Shown one piece after another: positions 50,071 to 58,731 of a DNA stretch of 64,000 nucleotides. A program made the position numbers and the translations under genes. Every line of letters starts with the position of its first letter. The first letter of the stretch is position 1. The notes beneath the pieces were generated by a model. The model was not told the origin of the DNA. It ran no database searches and saw only the letters and a list, made by a program, of their open reading frames with translations. Source of the DNA: an uncultured Phenylobacterium sp. (lineage in GTDB: Bacteria > Pseudomonadota > Alphaproteobacteria > Caulobacterales > Caulobacteraceae); assembly GCA_966096115.1 (NCBI GenBank), contig CBHTUE010000002.1, positions 9,162 to 73,161 of the forward strand, read 5' to 3'.

Positions 50071-50685
50071 CTAGGCGCTGGCCGCCACGCTGGGCCGCGC
50101 CTTCACGCGTTCGAACCAAGCGTTCAGCTTCGGATACTTCGCGTCCAGCGGCTGGCCGACCACGTTGCCGAAGTCCTGGAAGGCGAACAGCAGGATGTCG
50201 GCCAGGCTGAAGCGCTCGCCGGCGATGTAGGGGCCCTTCATGTTGTCCTCGAGCCACTGCAGGCCGTCCTGGGCCACGGCCTTCAGGCCGGGCGCGGCTT
50301 CGGGCAGGCAGCGCATGCGGCTCTGGAACATCGGCAGGCCCTCGGCGAAGCGGAAGCCGTTGGCCATCGGCTCGCACACCTTCAGGTCCACGCGTCGCGT
50401 CCACATGCGCGTCTGCGCCCGCTCCTCCGGGGTGGTCCCGATCAGCGAGCCGCCCGGGTGCTTCTCGTCCAGGTATTCGCAGATGGCGGTGATCTCGGTG
50501 ATGTAGTCGCCGTCCTTGAGTTCCAGGCAGGGGGTCTGGCCGGAGGGGTTCTTCGACAGGTAGGGCTCCTGGCGGTTCTCGCCGGCGCGCAGGTCCACGT
50601 CGGCCTTGTCGAGGGTCACGCCCTTCTCGGCCAGGAACATGTTCACGACCCGCGGATTGGGCCCAATGGAGGAATAGAGCTTCAC
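50071..50685 (-). CDS. Glutathione S-transferase family protein
   Basis: GPNPRVV, NPSGQTPCL, ITEITAICEYLD, FSLADI. Confidence 0.92.
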   Translation of the reverse strand: MKLYSSIGPNPRVVNMFLAEKGVTLDKADVDLRAGENRQEPYLSKNPSGQTPCLELKDGDYITEITAICEYLDEKHPGGSLIGTTPEERAQTRMWTRRVDLKVCEPMANGFRFAEGLPMFQSRMRCLPEAAPGLKAVAQDGLQWLEDNMKGPYIAGERFSLADILLFAFQDFGNVVGQPLDAKYPKLNAWFERVKARPSVAASA

Positions 50686-50786
50686 TGTAAGTCCCCTTCG
50701 CGGTTCTCGATTTCGTGAGCGCTGTTACAAGGCGTTACGGCTCACGGGGTGGAATCAGACGCCCCTTAGGCGTATAACGCCGCGTC

Positions 50787-51020
50787 ATGACAGAGCGCAG
50801 TTTCATCCAGGATCTGACGGGCTCTGACGAGAGCCTGGACGACCTTATCGCCCGCCTCAAGACCCAGCTCGGCCGCCGCAAGGTGCGACCCAGCTGGCGC
50901 GGCCCGCCTGACGCCGGCCATTTCGTGACCTCCCGCCGGCCCAAGGGCGGCGCCGGCGGCGCGGAAGCGCCCCTGCCCAAGGCCGAACCGCCCGTCCAGG
51001 ACTGCTGTTCGCCGATCTAG
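50787..51020 (+). CDS. Small hypothetical protein (77 aa), possibly leaderless
   Basis: Coding-like codon use; TATAAC hexamer ends 8 nt before ATG; no SD. Confidence 0.45.
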   Translation: MTERSFIQDLTGSDESLDDLIARLKTQLGRRKVRPSWRGPPDAGHFVTSRRPKGGAGGAEAPLPKAEPPVQDCCSPI

Positions 51021-51520
51021 GGCTGGCTGGGCGGCTTGAGCGTGAAGTGCGAGGCCATCACGCAGGCGGGTTGCCCGCCCGCCAGCGACACCGTGGCCGG
51101 CTGGCCCGGTCCCGGACGGAAGTAGGTGTCGGTCCCGTTCGCGCGGATCATCAGGTCGTCCGGACTGGTGAACTGGCACACCTGGAAGCGATGGCCGCCC
51201 CGCCCGCCCCGGTCGCGGATGATGGCGCATTCCGCGTGGCCGGCGCGGCGGAAGAAGGCCACGCCCTCGAAGTCGAAGCGGCGCGGCGCCTTGTGGTGCA
51301 CGCCCAGGAACTGCGCCTCGGTGATCCGCGCGCACGGCGGCCCGGTGATGGTCCAGGCCGCTGCGTCGGCGACGCGCAGGGCGATGGCGTCGCGGTAGTT
51401 GCTGGTCATGTACCAGGCCGTCCAGCCGACAAGCGGGGCCAGGACGGCGAGCCAGAGCCAGCGGGGTATCCGCCGGAACGGATGCGGCGAACCGACGACC
51501 AGGCCCTGGGTGGAACGCAC
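51017..51520 (-). CDS. Hypothetical single-pass membrane or periplasmic protein with Cys pairs
   Basis: GGAG SD before GTG; TM WLWLAVLAPLVGWTAWYM; four Cys in the soluble domain. Confidence 0.65.
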   Translation of the reverse strand: MRSTQGLVVGSPHPFRRIPRWLWLAVLAPLVGWTAWYMTSNYRDAIALRVADAAAWTITGPPCARITEAQFLGVHHKAPRRFDFEGVAFFRRAGHAECAIIRDRGGRGGHRFQVCQFTSPDDLMIRANGTDTYFRPGPGQPATVSLAGGQPACVMASHFTLKPPSQP

Positions 51521-51527
51521 CGCGACA

Positions 51528-51576
51528 CTCCGACTTACGAATGTAAGATCGGAGCAAGTCTACAGCTGTAAGTCAA
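51528..51576 (-). promoter_or_regulatory. Tandem palindromic operators (BlaI/MecI/CopY-like TACA-NN-TGTA) over a TTGACT -35 box
   Basis: CTCCGA-CTTACGAATGTAAG-A-TCGGAG (51528-51554) and TACAGCTGTA (51561-51570); TTGACT on the minus strand at 51571-51576. Confidence 0.55.
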
Positions 51577-51580
51577 GCCG

Positions 51581-53071
51581 TCAGGCGGCCAGTTTCTCCG
51601 CGGCCTTCGCCCGCTGGCCGACCGGGTTCGAGAACCGCAGGGTCCCGTCCTCCAGCTTGGCGTAGCGCAGGCTCATCAGGTCCTTGACGTAGTTCTGGTG
51701 CAGCTTCCAGGGCGCCTTGGCTCCCTGTTTGGGCCAGTTGGCCATGGCCCGCTGGACGTAGCCCGACGAGAAGTCGAGCCAGGGCTCGCTCGCCACGGTC
51801 GCGTCGCTGTTGATCGGTGTGACCTGGCGCATCCCGGTCTTGGTCATGTGGTTCAGGACGCGGCAGACGTAGTCGCACGTCAGGTCGCACTTCAGGGTCC
51901 AGGAGGCGTTGGTGTAGCCGAAGGCCGAGGCCATGTTTGGCACGCCCTCGTACATCATCCCCTTGTACCCCAGGGTCTCGCCGGCGTTGACGCGCCGGCC
52001 GTCCACTGTGAATTCGATTCCGTTCCACACCTGCAGCGTCAGGCCGGTGGCCGAGACGACCATGTCGGCCGCCAGCGTCTCGCCCGACTTCAGCTGTATG
52101 CCGATCTCGGTGAAGGTCTCGATCTGATCGGTCACCACCGAGGCGCGCCCGGCCTTGATCTCGTTGAACATGTCGGCGTCGGGCACCAGGCACAGGCGCT
52201 GGTCCCACGGGTTGTAGGTGGGCGTGAAATGGCGATCGACGTCGTAGTCGGGACCCAGTTCCTCGCGAACCATCTTCAGGATCTGGGCCTTCACCGCGGC
52301 GGGCTTCTTGCGCGCCATGTTGAAGAACCACATGCCGCCCAGCACATTGCGCCAGCGGACGATGTCGTAGGCCAGCTTGCCGGGCAGCCACTTGCGTAGG
52401 CTGTTGGCCATGGCGTCCTCGGCCGGCCGCGAGACCACGTAGGTCGGCGAGCGCTGCAGCATGGTGACGTGGCCGGCGGTCCTGGCCATCTCCGGCACCA
52501 GGGTGACGGCGGTGGCGCCCGAGCCGATCACCACGACCTGCTTGCCCGAGTAGTCCAGGTCCTTCGGCCATTGCTGCGGGTGCACGAAGGCGCCCTTGAA
52601 GCGGTCGCGGCCGGGGAATTCCGGGGTGTAGCCACCCTCGTAGGAGTAGTAGCCGCCGCACAGGAACAGGAAATTGCAGGTGAACCGCTGGACCGCGCCG
52701 GCCACCTCGGCCTCGACGGTCCAGGTGGCCTCCTCGCTCGACCAGGACGCGCGCTTGACCTTGTGGCCGTAGCGGATGTGGCGGTCGATGCCGTTCTCGG
52801 TCGCCGTCTGGCGCACGTAGTTCAGGATCGAGGGCCCGTCGGCGATGGCCTTGGCTTCCGTCCACGGCTTGAAGGCATAGCCCAGTGTGTACATGTCGCT
52901 GTCCGAGCGGATGCCGGGATAGCGGAACAGGTCCCAGGTGCCGCCGATGGCGTCGCGGCCCTCCAGGATCGCGTAGCTGCGGTCCGGACAGGCGGTCTTG
53001 AGGTGGTAGCCGGCCCCGATGCCGGACAGTCCCGCCCCCACGATCACCACGTCGAAGTGCTGGTCAGCCAT
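51581..53071 (-). CDS. Flavin-containing monooxygenase (Baeyer-Villiger, EthA-like)
   Basis: VGAGLSG, GGTWDLFRYPGIRSDSD, FVHPQQWP fingerprint, IGSGATAVT, ATG motif. Confidence 0.93.
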   Translation of the reverse strand: MADQHFDVVIVGAGLSGIGAGYHLKTACPDRSYAILEGRDAIGGTWDLFRYPGIRSDSDMYTLGYAFKPWTEAKAIADGPSILNYVRQTATENGIDRHIRYGHKVKRASWSSEEATWTVEAEVAGAVQRFTCNFLFLCGGYYSYEGGYTPEFPGRDRFKGAFVHPQQWPKDLDYSGKQVVVIGSGATAVTLVPEMARTAGHVTMLQRSPTYVVSRPAEDAMANSLRKWLPGKLAYDIVRWRNVLGGMWFFNMARKKPAAVKAQILKMVREELGPDYDVDRHFTPTYNPWDQRLCLVPDADMFNEIKAGRASVVTDQIETFTEIGIQLKSGETLAADMVVSATGLTLQVWNGIEFTVDGRRVNAGETLGYKGMMYEGVPNMASAFGYTNASWTLKCDLTCDYVCRVLNHMTKTGMRQVTPINSDATVASEPWLDFSSGYVQRAMANWPKQGAKAPWKLHQNYVKDLMSLRYAKLEDGTLRFSNPVGQRAKAAEKLAA

Positions 53072-53141
53072 GCCGCGATCCATCCCATGCGTTCGTCGGG
53101 AAGATAACTGAACAATGATAACTTACAATCCCGCCCGTGGG

Positions 53142-54650
53142 TTAGGGCGACATGGCGGTCTTCAGCTCGCCCTTGGCGTAGAGGCCCTGGCCGATGACCT
53201 GGCCGTCGCGGCTCACCTCGGCCGCCGCGCCATCGAGATTGTCGGCCGCCCAGGTCCCGGTGAGAGACCGGCCGTCGCGCCAATGCAGCACGCCGTAGCC
53301 CTGCAGCTTGTCGGCCACCCATTGGCCGGCCTTGGCGGTGTAGTTGCGCGTCGGCCCGCCGGTATAGACGCCGTACTGGCGCGCGCCTTCGATGTAGGTG
53401 CCCGAGAAGTCGTCGCCGTCCGGATAGCGCTCGACGCCGCGCACGCGCACGCCGTTCTGCTGCACCCCCTCGAAGCTGCTCTTGTCGGCGAAGCGGACGA
53501 TGACGAAGCCGTGGCGCAGGTCGTTGACCCACTGGCCCTCCTGCCGCTCGCCGTCCTGGTAGACGTTGACGCCGTAGCCCTCGGCCTTGCCGTCCTTCGC
53601 CTGGCCGGCGTAGCGCCAGCTGTGGGTGGCGCCGGCGGCGTCCTTGTAGGATCCGGTGAGGATGAAATAGCCCGCGACCTTGCGCTCGGCCTTCTGCTCG
53701 GCGTCGCGCGCCTTGGCCGCAGCGGCGACGGCGGCGGTCTGCGCCAAGCGGCCCTCGTCGGCGGCGGTGGTGGCGGTCAGCTCCGCCCGCTTGGCGGCAT
53801 CGACGGCGTTCTGGACGGCCGGCGCATAGACGGAAGTCGGACGCGGCGGCGTGTAGGCCGTGGGCGCCGTCGCGACCTGGGTCGGCGGAATGAAGTAGAG
53901 CGGTTCGCCGCCCAGCGAGCCGTAGACGAACGGCTGCTGGCGGTTGGAGGTGTCGCGCAGCACGTCGTCGCCGACCTGGCGGAACAGCAGGCTCACCTCG
54001 ACGCCCGAGGCCGGCAACCGGCGGATCAGCGCTGCTGCGAACGGGCTGTGCTCGCCGCTTCCGTCGTCGGCCGTGGTGCCCTCGCGGGCGGCGAAGACCA
54101 CCAGGGTGTGTCCCAGCGGCTCCACGCGCGAGAGACCACGGCCCACGGCCCGGGTCCCGCCGCCCGATAGCTGCATCCCGGCCGCGAACGGGTTGTTGCG
54201 GCAGGCGTCCAGCATCACCAGGCCCAGCCGCCGCGCGCCACCCACGGCCTGCATCACCAGGTCCAACGGCACCGCCTCGAACTGCACGTCGGTGTTGGTG
54301 GCCAGCCGGGCGTCCACGGGCAGGAGGTAGTTCACCCCGCCCATCTCCATCCCGTGGCCGGCGTAGTAGATCACGGCCATGTCGGCGTCGCGGGCGGCGT
54401 TGGCGAAGGCCTGCAGCGCGCGGCGCATGCCCTGCTGGTCCAGGTCGGAAAGGACGGTCACGCTGCTGAAGCCCGCCGTGCGCAGGGCGGCGGCCACGGC
54501 CGGGCCATCGTTGGCCGGATTGGGCAGGCGCGGCACGGCCTTGTAGCCGGCGTTGGCGATCACCAGCGCCACGCGGGTGTCGGCCATGGCCGGCGTCAGG
54601 CTGAAGATCGCCAGCGCGAACGCCAGGACGGCGCGTAACAGGAAGCCCAC
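53142..54650 (-). CDS. Exported caspase-family (C14) peptidase with MORN-like repeats
   Basis: Signal peptide; RVALVIAN..Y, YYAGHG and LDACRNNP His/Cys dyad; C-terminal YAGQ..DGK..GYGV / QEGQWVNDLRHG repeats. Confidence 0.85.
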   Translation of the reverse strand: MGFLLRAVLAFALAIFSLTPAMADTRVALVIANAGYKAVPRLPNPANDGPAVAAALRTAGFSSVTVLSDLDQQGMRRALQAFANAARDADMAVIYYAGHGMEMGGVNYLLPVDARLATNTDVQFEAVPLDLVMQAVGGARRLGLVMLDACRNNPFAAGMQLSGGGTRAVGRGLSRVEPLGHTLVVFAAREGTTADDGSGEHSPFAAALIRRLPASGVEVSLLFRQVGDDVLRDTSNRQQPFVYGSLGGEPLYFIPPTQVATAPTAYTPPRPTSVYAPAVQNAVDAAKRAELTATTAADEGRLAQTAAVAAAAKARDAEQKAERKVAGYFILTGSYKDAAGATHSWRYAGQAKDGKAEGYGVNVYQDGERQEGQWVNDLRHGFVIVRFADKSSFEGVQQNGVRVRGVERYPDGDDFSGTYIEGARQYGVYTGGPTRNYTAKAGQWVADKLQGYGVLHWRDGRSLTGTWAADNLDGAAAEVSRDGQVIGQGLYAKGELKTAMSP

Positions 54651-54708
54651 CAGATCTCCCCCGATATCGCGGTGATCCTAGGCGCGCGCGCGATCCCCGC
54701 GCAACGGC

Positions 54709-55791
54709 TCAGGCCAGGGCCGACAGCGCGTCGTGATCCAGGATGTGGTCGCTGGCCGAGCCCAGCATCTGCATGAACATGTCGTCGCCGCGGGCGGTGC
54801 GCACCACGATCATCGAGGCGAAGAAAGCGGTCAGGAACAGCTGGAACCCGCCGACGGCGTAATCCCGCGCCAAGTCGGCCTCGCCGTAGCCGCTGACGCC
54901 GAGATCGCGCAGCGTCGCCAGGTAGAGGCCCAGCAGTGCGGACTCGTTGGCTCGGCGCACCTCCGGCGGCAGGGCGCCGGCCAGGAAGTAGGCCACGTCG
55001 GTGGCGCCGGCCCCGTAGGTGACCGACTGCCAATCGAGCACCGTGATCGGCTTTCCGCCCGCGGCGGTCCCGAACATCATGTTGTCCGGTCGGAAGTCGT
55101 GGTGGACCAGGCAGCGCGGCCCGGTGTGCCGCTCGCCATAGGCGCCCCAGCCGGACGCGCTCAGCTTTTCGCCCACCTCGATCCAGTGCGGCTGCAGCCG
55201 CTCGGCATAGCGCTCGCGGAAGCTGACCCACAGCGAGCGCACCAGGTCCGGTGTCACCGCCGAGGCCGGCGCGGCCTTGGTTCCGGACACCCAGGGCAGG
55301 TCGTCCAATCCGTCGTCGCCCCAGTGCGAGGCGTGCAGGCGGGCGGCCTGTTCGACGACCAGCCGGGCCTGGTCGAGACTGCAGCCCCGCAGCTGGTCGC
55401 CCTGCTCGGCCGGCGCCAGGTCTTCCATCATCAGCACGAATTCGCCGGTCGGTGCGTCCACGTCGGTGAACCAGCAGCGCGGCGTGGAGATCAGCGCGCT
55501 CTTCGCCAGGTGGCGGTAGAACATCACTTCGCGGGCGTAGTTGCCCAGCATGACACCGGTGTTGCGGCTGTCGTCGTCCGGCGAAGGGAACTTACCGACG
55601 ATGGAGGCGGGCGCGCCCTCCCCGCCCCGCGCGTAGTCGAGGGTGAAGCGGACGCTCTCACCGATCTGGCCGGAGCCGACGTTCTTCGCCTTGAAGCCGG
55701 ACACCACGGCGTCGACGCCTCCGGCCTGCAACACCCGCGTCAGCCAGTCGGCGTCGACGGCGCCGGGTCGGCGGATATCGGGGCCGCTCAT
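54709..55791 (-). CDS. Aminoglycoside/choline-kinase-like (EcKL) phosphotransferase
   Basis: REVMFY, LMMEDL, HHDFRPDN, LDWQ. Confidence 0.88.
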   Translation of the reverse strand: MSGPDIRRPGAVDADWLTRVLQAGGVDAVVSGFKAKNVGSGQIGESVRFTLDYARGGEGAPASIVGKFPSPDDDSRNTGVMLGNYAREVMFYRHLAKSALISTPRCWFTDVDAPTGEFVLMMEDLAPAEQGDQLRGCSLDQARLVVEQAARLHASHWGDDGLDDLPWVSGTKAAPASAVTPDLVRSLWVSFRERYAERLQPHWIEVGEKLSASGWGAYGERHTGPRCLVHHDFRPDNMMFGTAAGGKPITVLDWQSVTYGAGATDVAYFLAGALPPEVRRANESALLGLYLATLRDLGVSGYGEADLARDYAVGGFQLFLTAFFASMIVVRTARGDDMFMQMLGSASDHILDHDALSALA

Positions 55792-56141
55792 CCGGCCAAC
55801 GGGTGGACGTAGACCTCGTTGAGCGCGATGCGGTCGCCCTTGAGGATCACCAGGTCGAAGCCGCGCATGCGCCCGGCCGCGCCGCCCTCGCCCATCTCGG
55901 CGTACCAGCGGCCGCAGTAGCCGCCGGGGATCGGCCAGGTTTCGTCGGGGGTGTAGGTGGTCGGCGGCATGGCCGCGAACAGGCCGGTCAGATATTCGGT
56001 CAGCGCCGCCTGGCCGGTGATGCCACCCGCCGTCTGCGGGTCCTTGTAGACGCAGTCGTCGGCATAGAAGGCCACCAAGCGCGGCACGTCCTTGTCGGAC
56101 CAGGCCTGCAGCCAGCGGGCGTTGAAGTCGGCGATGTCCAT
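55788..56141 (-). CDS. SnoaL/NTF2-like protein
   Basis: WLQAWSDKD...FYADDCVYKDP pattern; ATGA overlap with the kinase gene. Confidence 0.85.
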   Translation of the reverse strand: MDIADFNARWLQAWSDKDVPRLVAFYADDCVYKDPQTAGGITGQAALTEYLTGLFAAMPPTTYTPDETWPIPGGYCGRWYAEMGEGGAAGRMRGFDLVILKGDRIALNEVYVHPLAG

Positions 56142-56146
56142 GGCGG

Positions 56147-57379
56147 TCAGGCTCCCATCACCCGGTCCCAGTGCGCCTGGGTGAAGATGTCCGGCGGCGC
56201 CGCCTCGGGGCCGGCCATTACTGCGACACCGTGGAGGCCCAGGCTCGGGTCGGCGTCGCGGCGGGCGTGATAGCTGTGCCGGCGCGCCGTGGCCGCCTCA
56301 TCGAACTCCATATCGATCGCCGACTGGATCTTCGCGGCGAAACGCAGGCGGCGCATCCGCTCGGTGCGCTCCTCGGCATAGGGCGCGAAGGCCTTGGGCG
56401 ACCAGTCGTCGGAAGCCAGCAGGATATCGCTGACGATGCGCACGTCTCGATAGGTAATCGACAGGCCCAGGCCGATGATCGGGTCGTTCCAGCCGGCCGC
56501 ATCGCCCACCAGCACGACGCCTTCCGCAAACGGCTCGTCGGTCCAGGCATCGGCGTTGATGTAGGCGAACAGCGGCCCCGCGGGGCGTCCGGCCACCAGG
56601 TGGCGGTTCTCAGGGCTGCACTTCAGGGCGAAGGCGTCGAGGAACCGGCGCGGCCCGTCGTCGCCCTTGAAGCGGCGCGCCTCGTCGAGCGCGTAGCCGC
56701 CGTAGAGCCGCACCTTGCCGCCGCTCTGCGGGAAGGCGAGGAAGGCGAAGTCGCCCTCGGTGCCGATGGCCTGCAGGTCGTCGGGCCAGTTGTCGGCGCC
56801 CTCGATCAGCAGGCCGGCGAACCAGTGGTGCGGCGCGTCCTGGTGCAGGGTGATGCCCGCCGTCTCGCGAACCTGCGACGTGCGCCCGTCGGCGCCGACC
56901 AGCAGCCGCGCGGTCGCCTCGTGCTCCTGCCCGTCATGCTCGTAGCGCACGCGGGGCGCTGCGCCGGCCGCGGTCTCGATGACGCGCACACCGCGCAGGG
57001 CCTGCGCGCCGGCGGCCTTCGCGGCGTCGAACAGGGTCTGGCAGTGCAGCGGATGGCCCAGGCACAGCGGACCGGGCACGCCGGGGCGGAAGATGCTGAG
57101 CGGCAGGGCCTGCGCCTCGGCGGCGACCGGATCGCGGCCCTCGTCGAAGGTGGCGTGGCGCGCTACGTGGTGGCCGCCGGCGTCGACCAGCAGGTCGTAC
57201 AGGCCGAGGCGCTTCACCTCGTCCACGCCCCAGGGCGCGATCCATTCGCCGCGCACGCGGTCCTGGTAGGCCTCGGACTGCTCCAGCAGCAGCACCGAGC
57301 GGCCGGCGCGCGCCATCACGATGGCCAGGGCCGACCCGCCGATGCCGCCGCCCACGATGATCAGGTCATGACTGGACAT
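56147..57379 (-). CDS. FAD-dependent monooxygenase/oxidoreductase (FAD_binding_3-like)
   Basis: VGGGIGG, LLVGADGRTS, VLVGDAAG..DP..GLGL. Confidence 0.88.
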   Translation of the reverse strand: MSSHDLIIVGGGIGGSALAIVMARAGRSVLLLEQSEAYQDRVRGEWIAPWGVDEVKRLGLYDLLVDAGGHHVARHATFDEGRDPVAAEAQALPLSIFRPGVPGPLCLGHPLHCQTLFDAAKAAGAQALRGVRVIETAAGAAPRVRYEHDGQEHEATARLLVGADGRTSQVRETAGITLHQDAPHHWFAGLLIEGADNWPDDLQAIGTEGDFAFLAFPQSGGKVRLYGGYALDEARRFKGDDGPRRFLDAFALKCSPENRHLVAGRPAGPLFAYINADAWTDEPFAEGVVLVGDAAGWNDPIIGLGLSITYRDVRIVSDILLASDDWSPKAFAPYAEERTERMRRLRFAAKIQSAIDMEFDEAATARRHSYHARRDADPSLGLHGVAVMAGPEAAPPDIFTQAHWDRVMGA

Positions 57380-57422
57380 GGGCGCGATCCGACCACGCCG
57401 ACGCGGCGTCATCCAAGCGCAA

Positions 57423-58004
57423 TCAGTCGGACGCCAGCGCCCGCAGGTGCGCCCGCTCGTTCAGGCTGAGCACATTCCGCTGGCCGGACCGCGCGCACAT
57501 GTAGCGGTGGACGCTGGTGTAGTCCGGCTCGAAGAACAGACGCGGCGCCATGCCCAGCACGTGTGCGGTCCAGACGTTGATCACCCCACCGTGGCAGAAG
57601 ACGGCGATGCGCTGGCCGGGATGCGCCTCGATCAGGCTCTCCAGCGCCGCCACCACGGTGGCCTGGAACGGCTCGATCTCGACGTTGTGCTCGCCGGTCG
57701 CCATACGCAGCCAGGCGGCGTAGTCCTCGCGCTTCAGCACCTCCATGGGCACGTAGGTCCCGGAGTCGCGGTCGAACTCGCAGATGCCGTCATGGCAGGT
57801 GACGGTATGGGCAGCCTGGGCGGCGAACGGCTCGGCAGTCTGCTTCGCACGCAGCATCGTCGAGGCGTAGACCGCGTCGATGCGCTCCTCGGCCAGCCAG
57901 GCGGCCACGCGCCGCGCCTGTTCGTGGCCCTGCGCCGACAGCGGCGGGTCGGAGGTATCGTCGCGGCGCTCGGGAAGCCCGTGGCGCACCAGTATGAGTT
58001 CCAT
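57423..58004 (-). CDS. Histidine phosphatase (phosphoglycerate mutase-like) family protein
   Basis: LVRHG, STMLRAKQTA, FCHGGVI. Confidence 0.92.
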   Translation of the reverse strand: MELILVRHGLPERRDDTSDPPLSAQGHEQARRVAAWLAEERIDAVYASTMLRAKQTAEPFAAQAAHTVTCHDGICEFDRDSGTYVPMEVLKREDYAAWLRMATGEHNVEIEPFQATVVAALESLIEAHPGQRIAVFCHGGVINVWTAHVLGMAPRLFFEPDYTSVHRYMCARSGQRNVLSLNERAHLRALASD

Positions 58005-58068
58005 GGGCGGTAAGGTGCGTCGGGCGCCCTGCCGGAGTCCAGCCGGCCCCTACGTCAGTGGGCCGGCT

Positions 58069-58215
58069 TCAGCGGGCCCGCGCCGCGGCGGCCTGCCTGC
58101 GGGCCATGCGATGCGCCCACTCGGGCAGCTGGCGTCGCGCCGGCTTGCGCCGAGGCGCGCTCAACGGCCACCGGGCCGTCGCGACGACAGAGATCAAGGG
58201 ACGCAAGAGCTTCAC
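58069..58215 (-). CDS. Possible 48-aa basic small protein
   Basis: GGAGGG SD 8 nt before GTG; MKLLRPLISVVATARWPLSAPRRKPARRQLPEWAHRMARRQAAAARAR; no family recognised. Confidence 0.3.
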   Translation of the reverse strand: MKLLRPLISVVATARWPLSAPRRKPARRQLPEWAHRMARRQAAAARAR

Positions 58216-58439
58216 GGACAGAACCCTCCGGCGACTGTGCGGCCGCCAACCTGACCTAGCCGCGGGCCGGCATGGGCGAGAAGATGCGCCGCGATGCAGC
58301 ATGGTGCATCGCAATGCGCGCTGCGCTGCGGCGCCGGCGCATCGGCCGCAGAAGATCTCGCCGCCGGGCGTCTAGGCAGACGCCGCGTCCTCCGCTAAGA
58401 ACCGCCCCTCTCGCGAACGCCCCAGGGCGTGCGCCGGTT

Positions 58440-58529
58440 GGTGACGTGGCCGAGTGGCTGAAGGCAACGGTTTGCTAAATCGTCATACGTGAAAGCGTAT
58501 CGAGGGTTCGAATCCCTCCGTCACCGCCA
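58440..58529 (+). tRNA. tRNA-Ser (anticodon GCT)
   Basis: Acceptor stem GGTGACG/CGTCACC plus GCCA end, D-loop GCCGAGTGG, anticodon loop TTGCTAA, long variable arm, T-loop GGTTCGAATCC. Confidence 0.97.
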
Positions 58530-58731
58530 CTTCTTTTTGTTTTTGCTGCAATTTGTGTCGAACCTCGACGTGGGCCCCACTTCGGCCCCCACGTTGGGCT
58601 CAAGGCAAAGCGCGCTTAGTTTCTCTGAGCGGCTCAGAAACGCCTGTCCGCAAGCTTGCTGGCGGGCCCTCGCATCGGAGCCTTGGGAGAGCGCCCCTGC
58701 CTATCGGGCGCCGCGGCGAAGGGCGAGCCGT

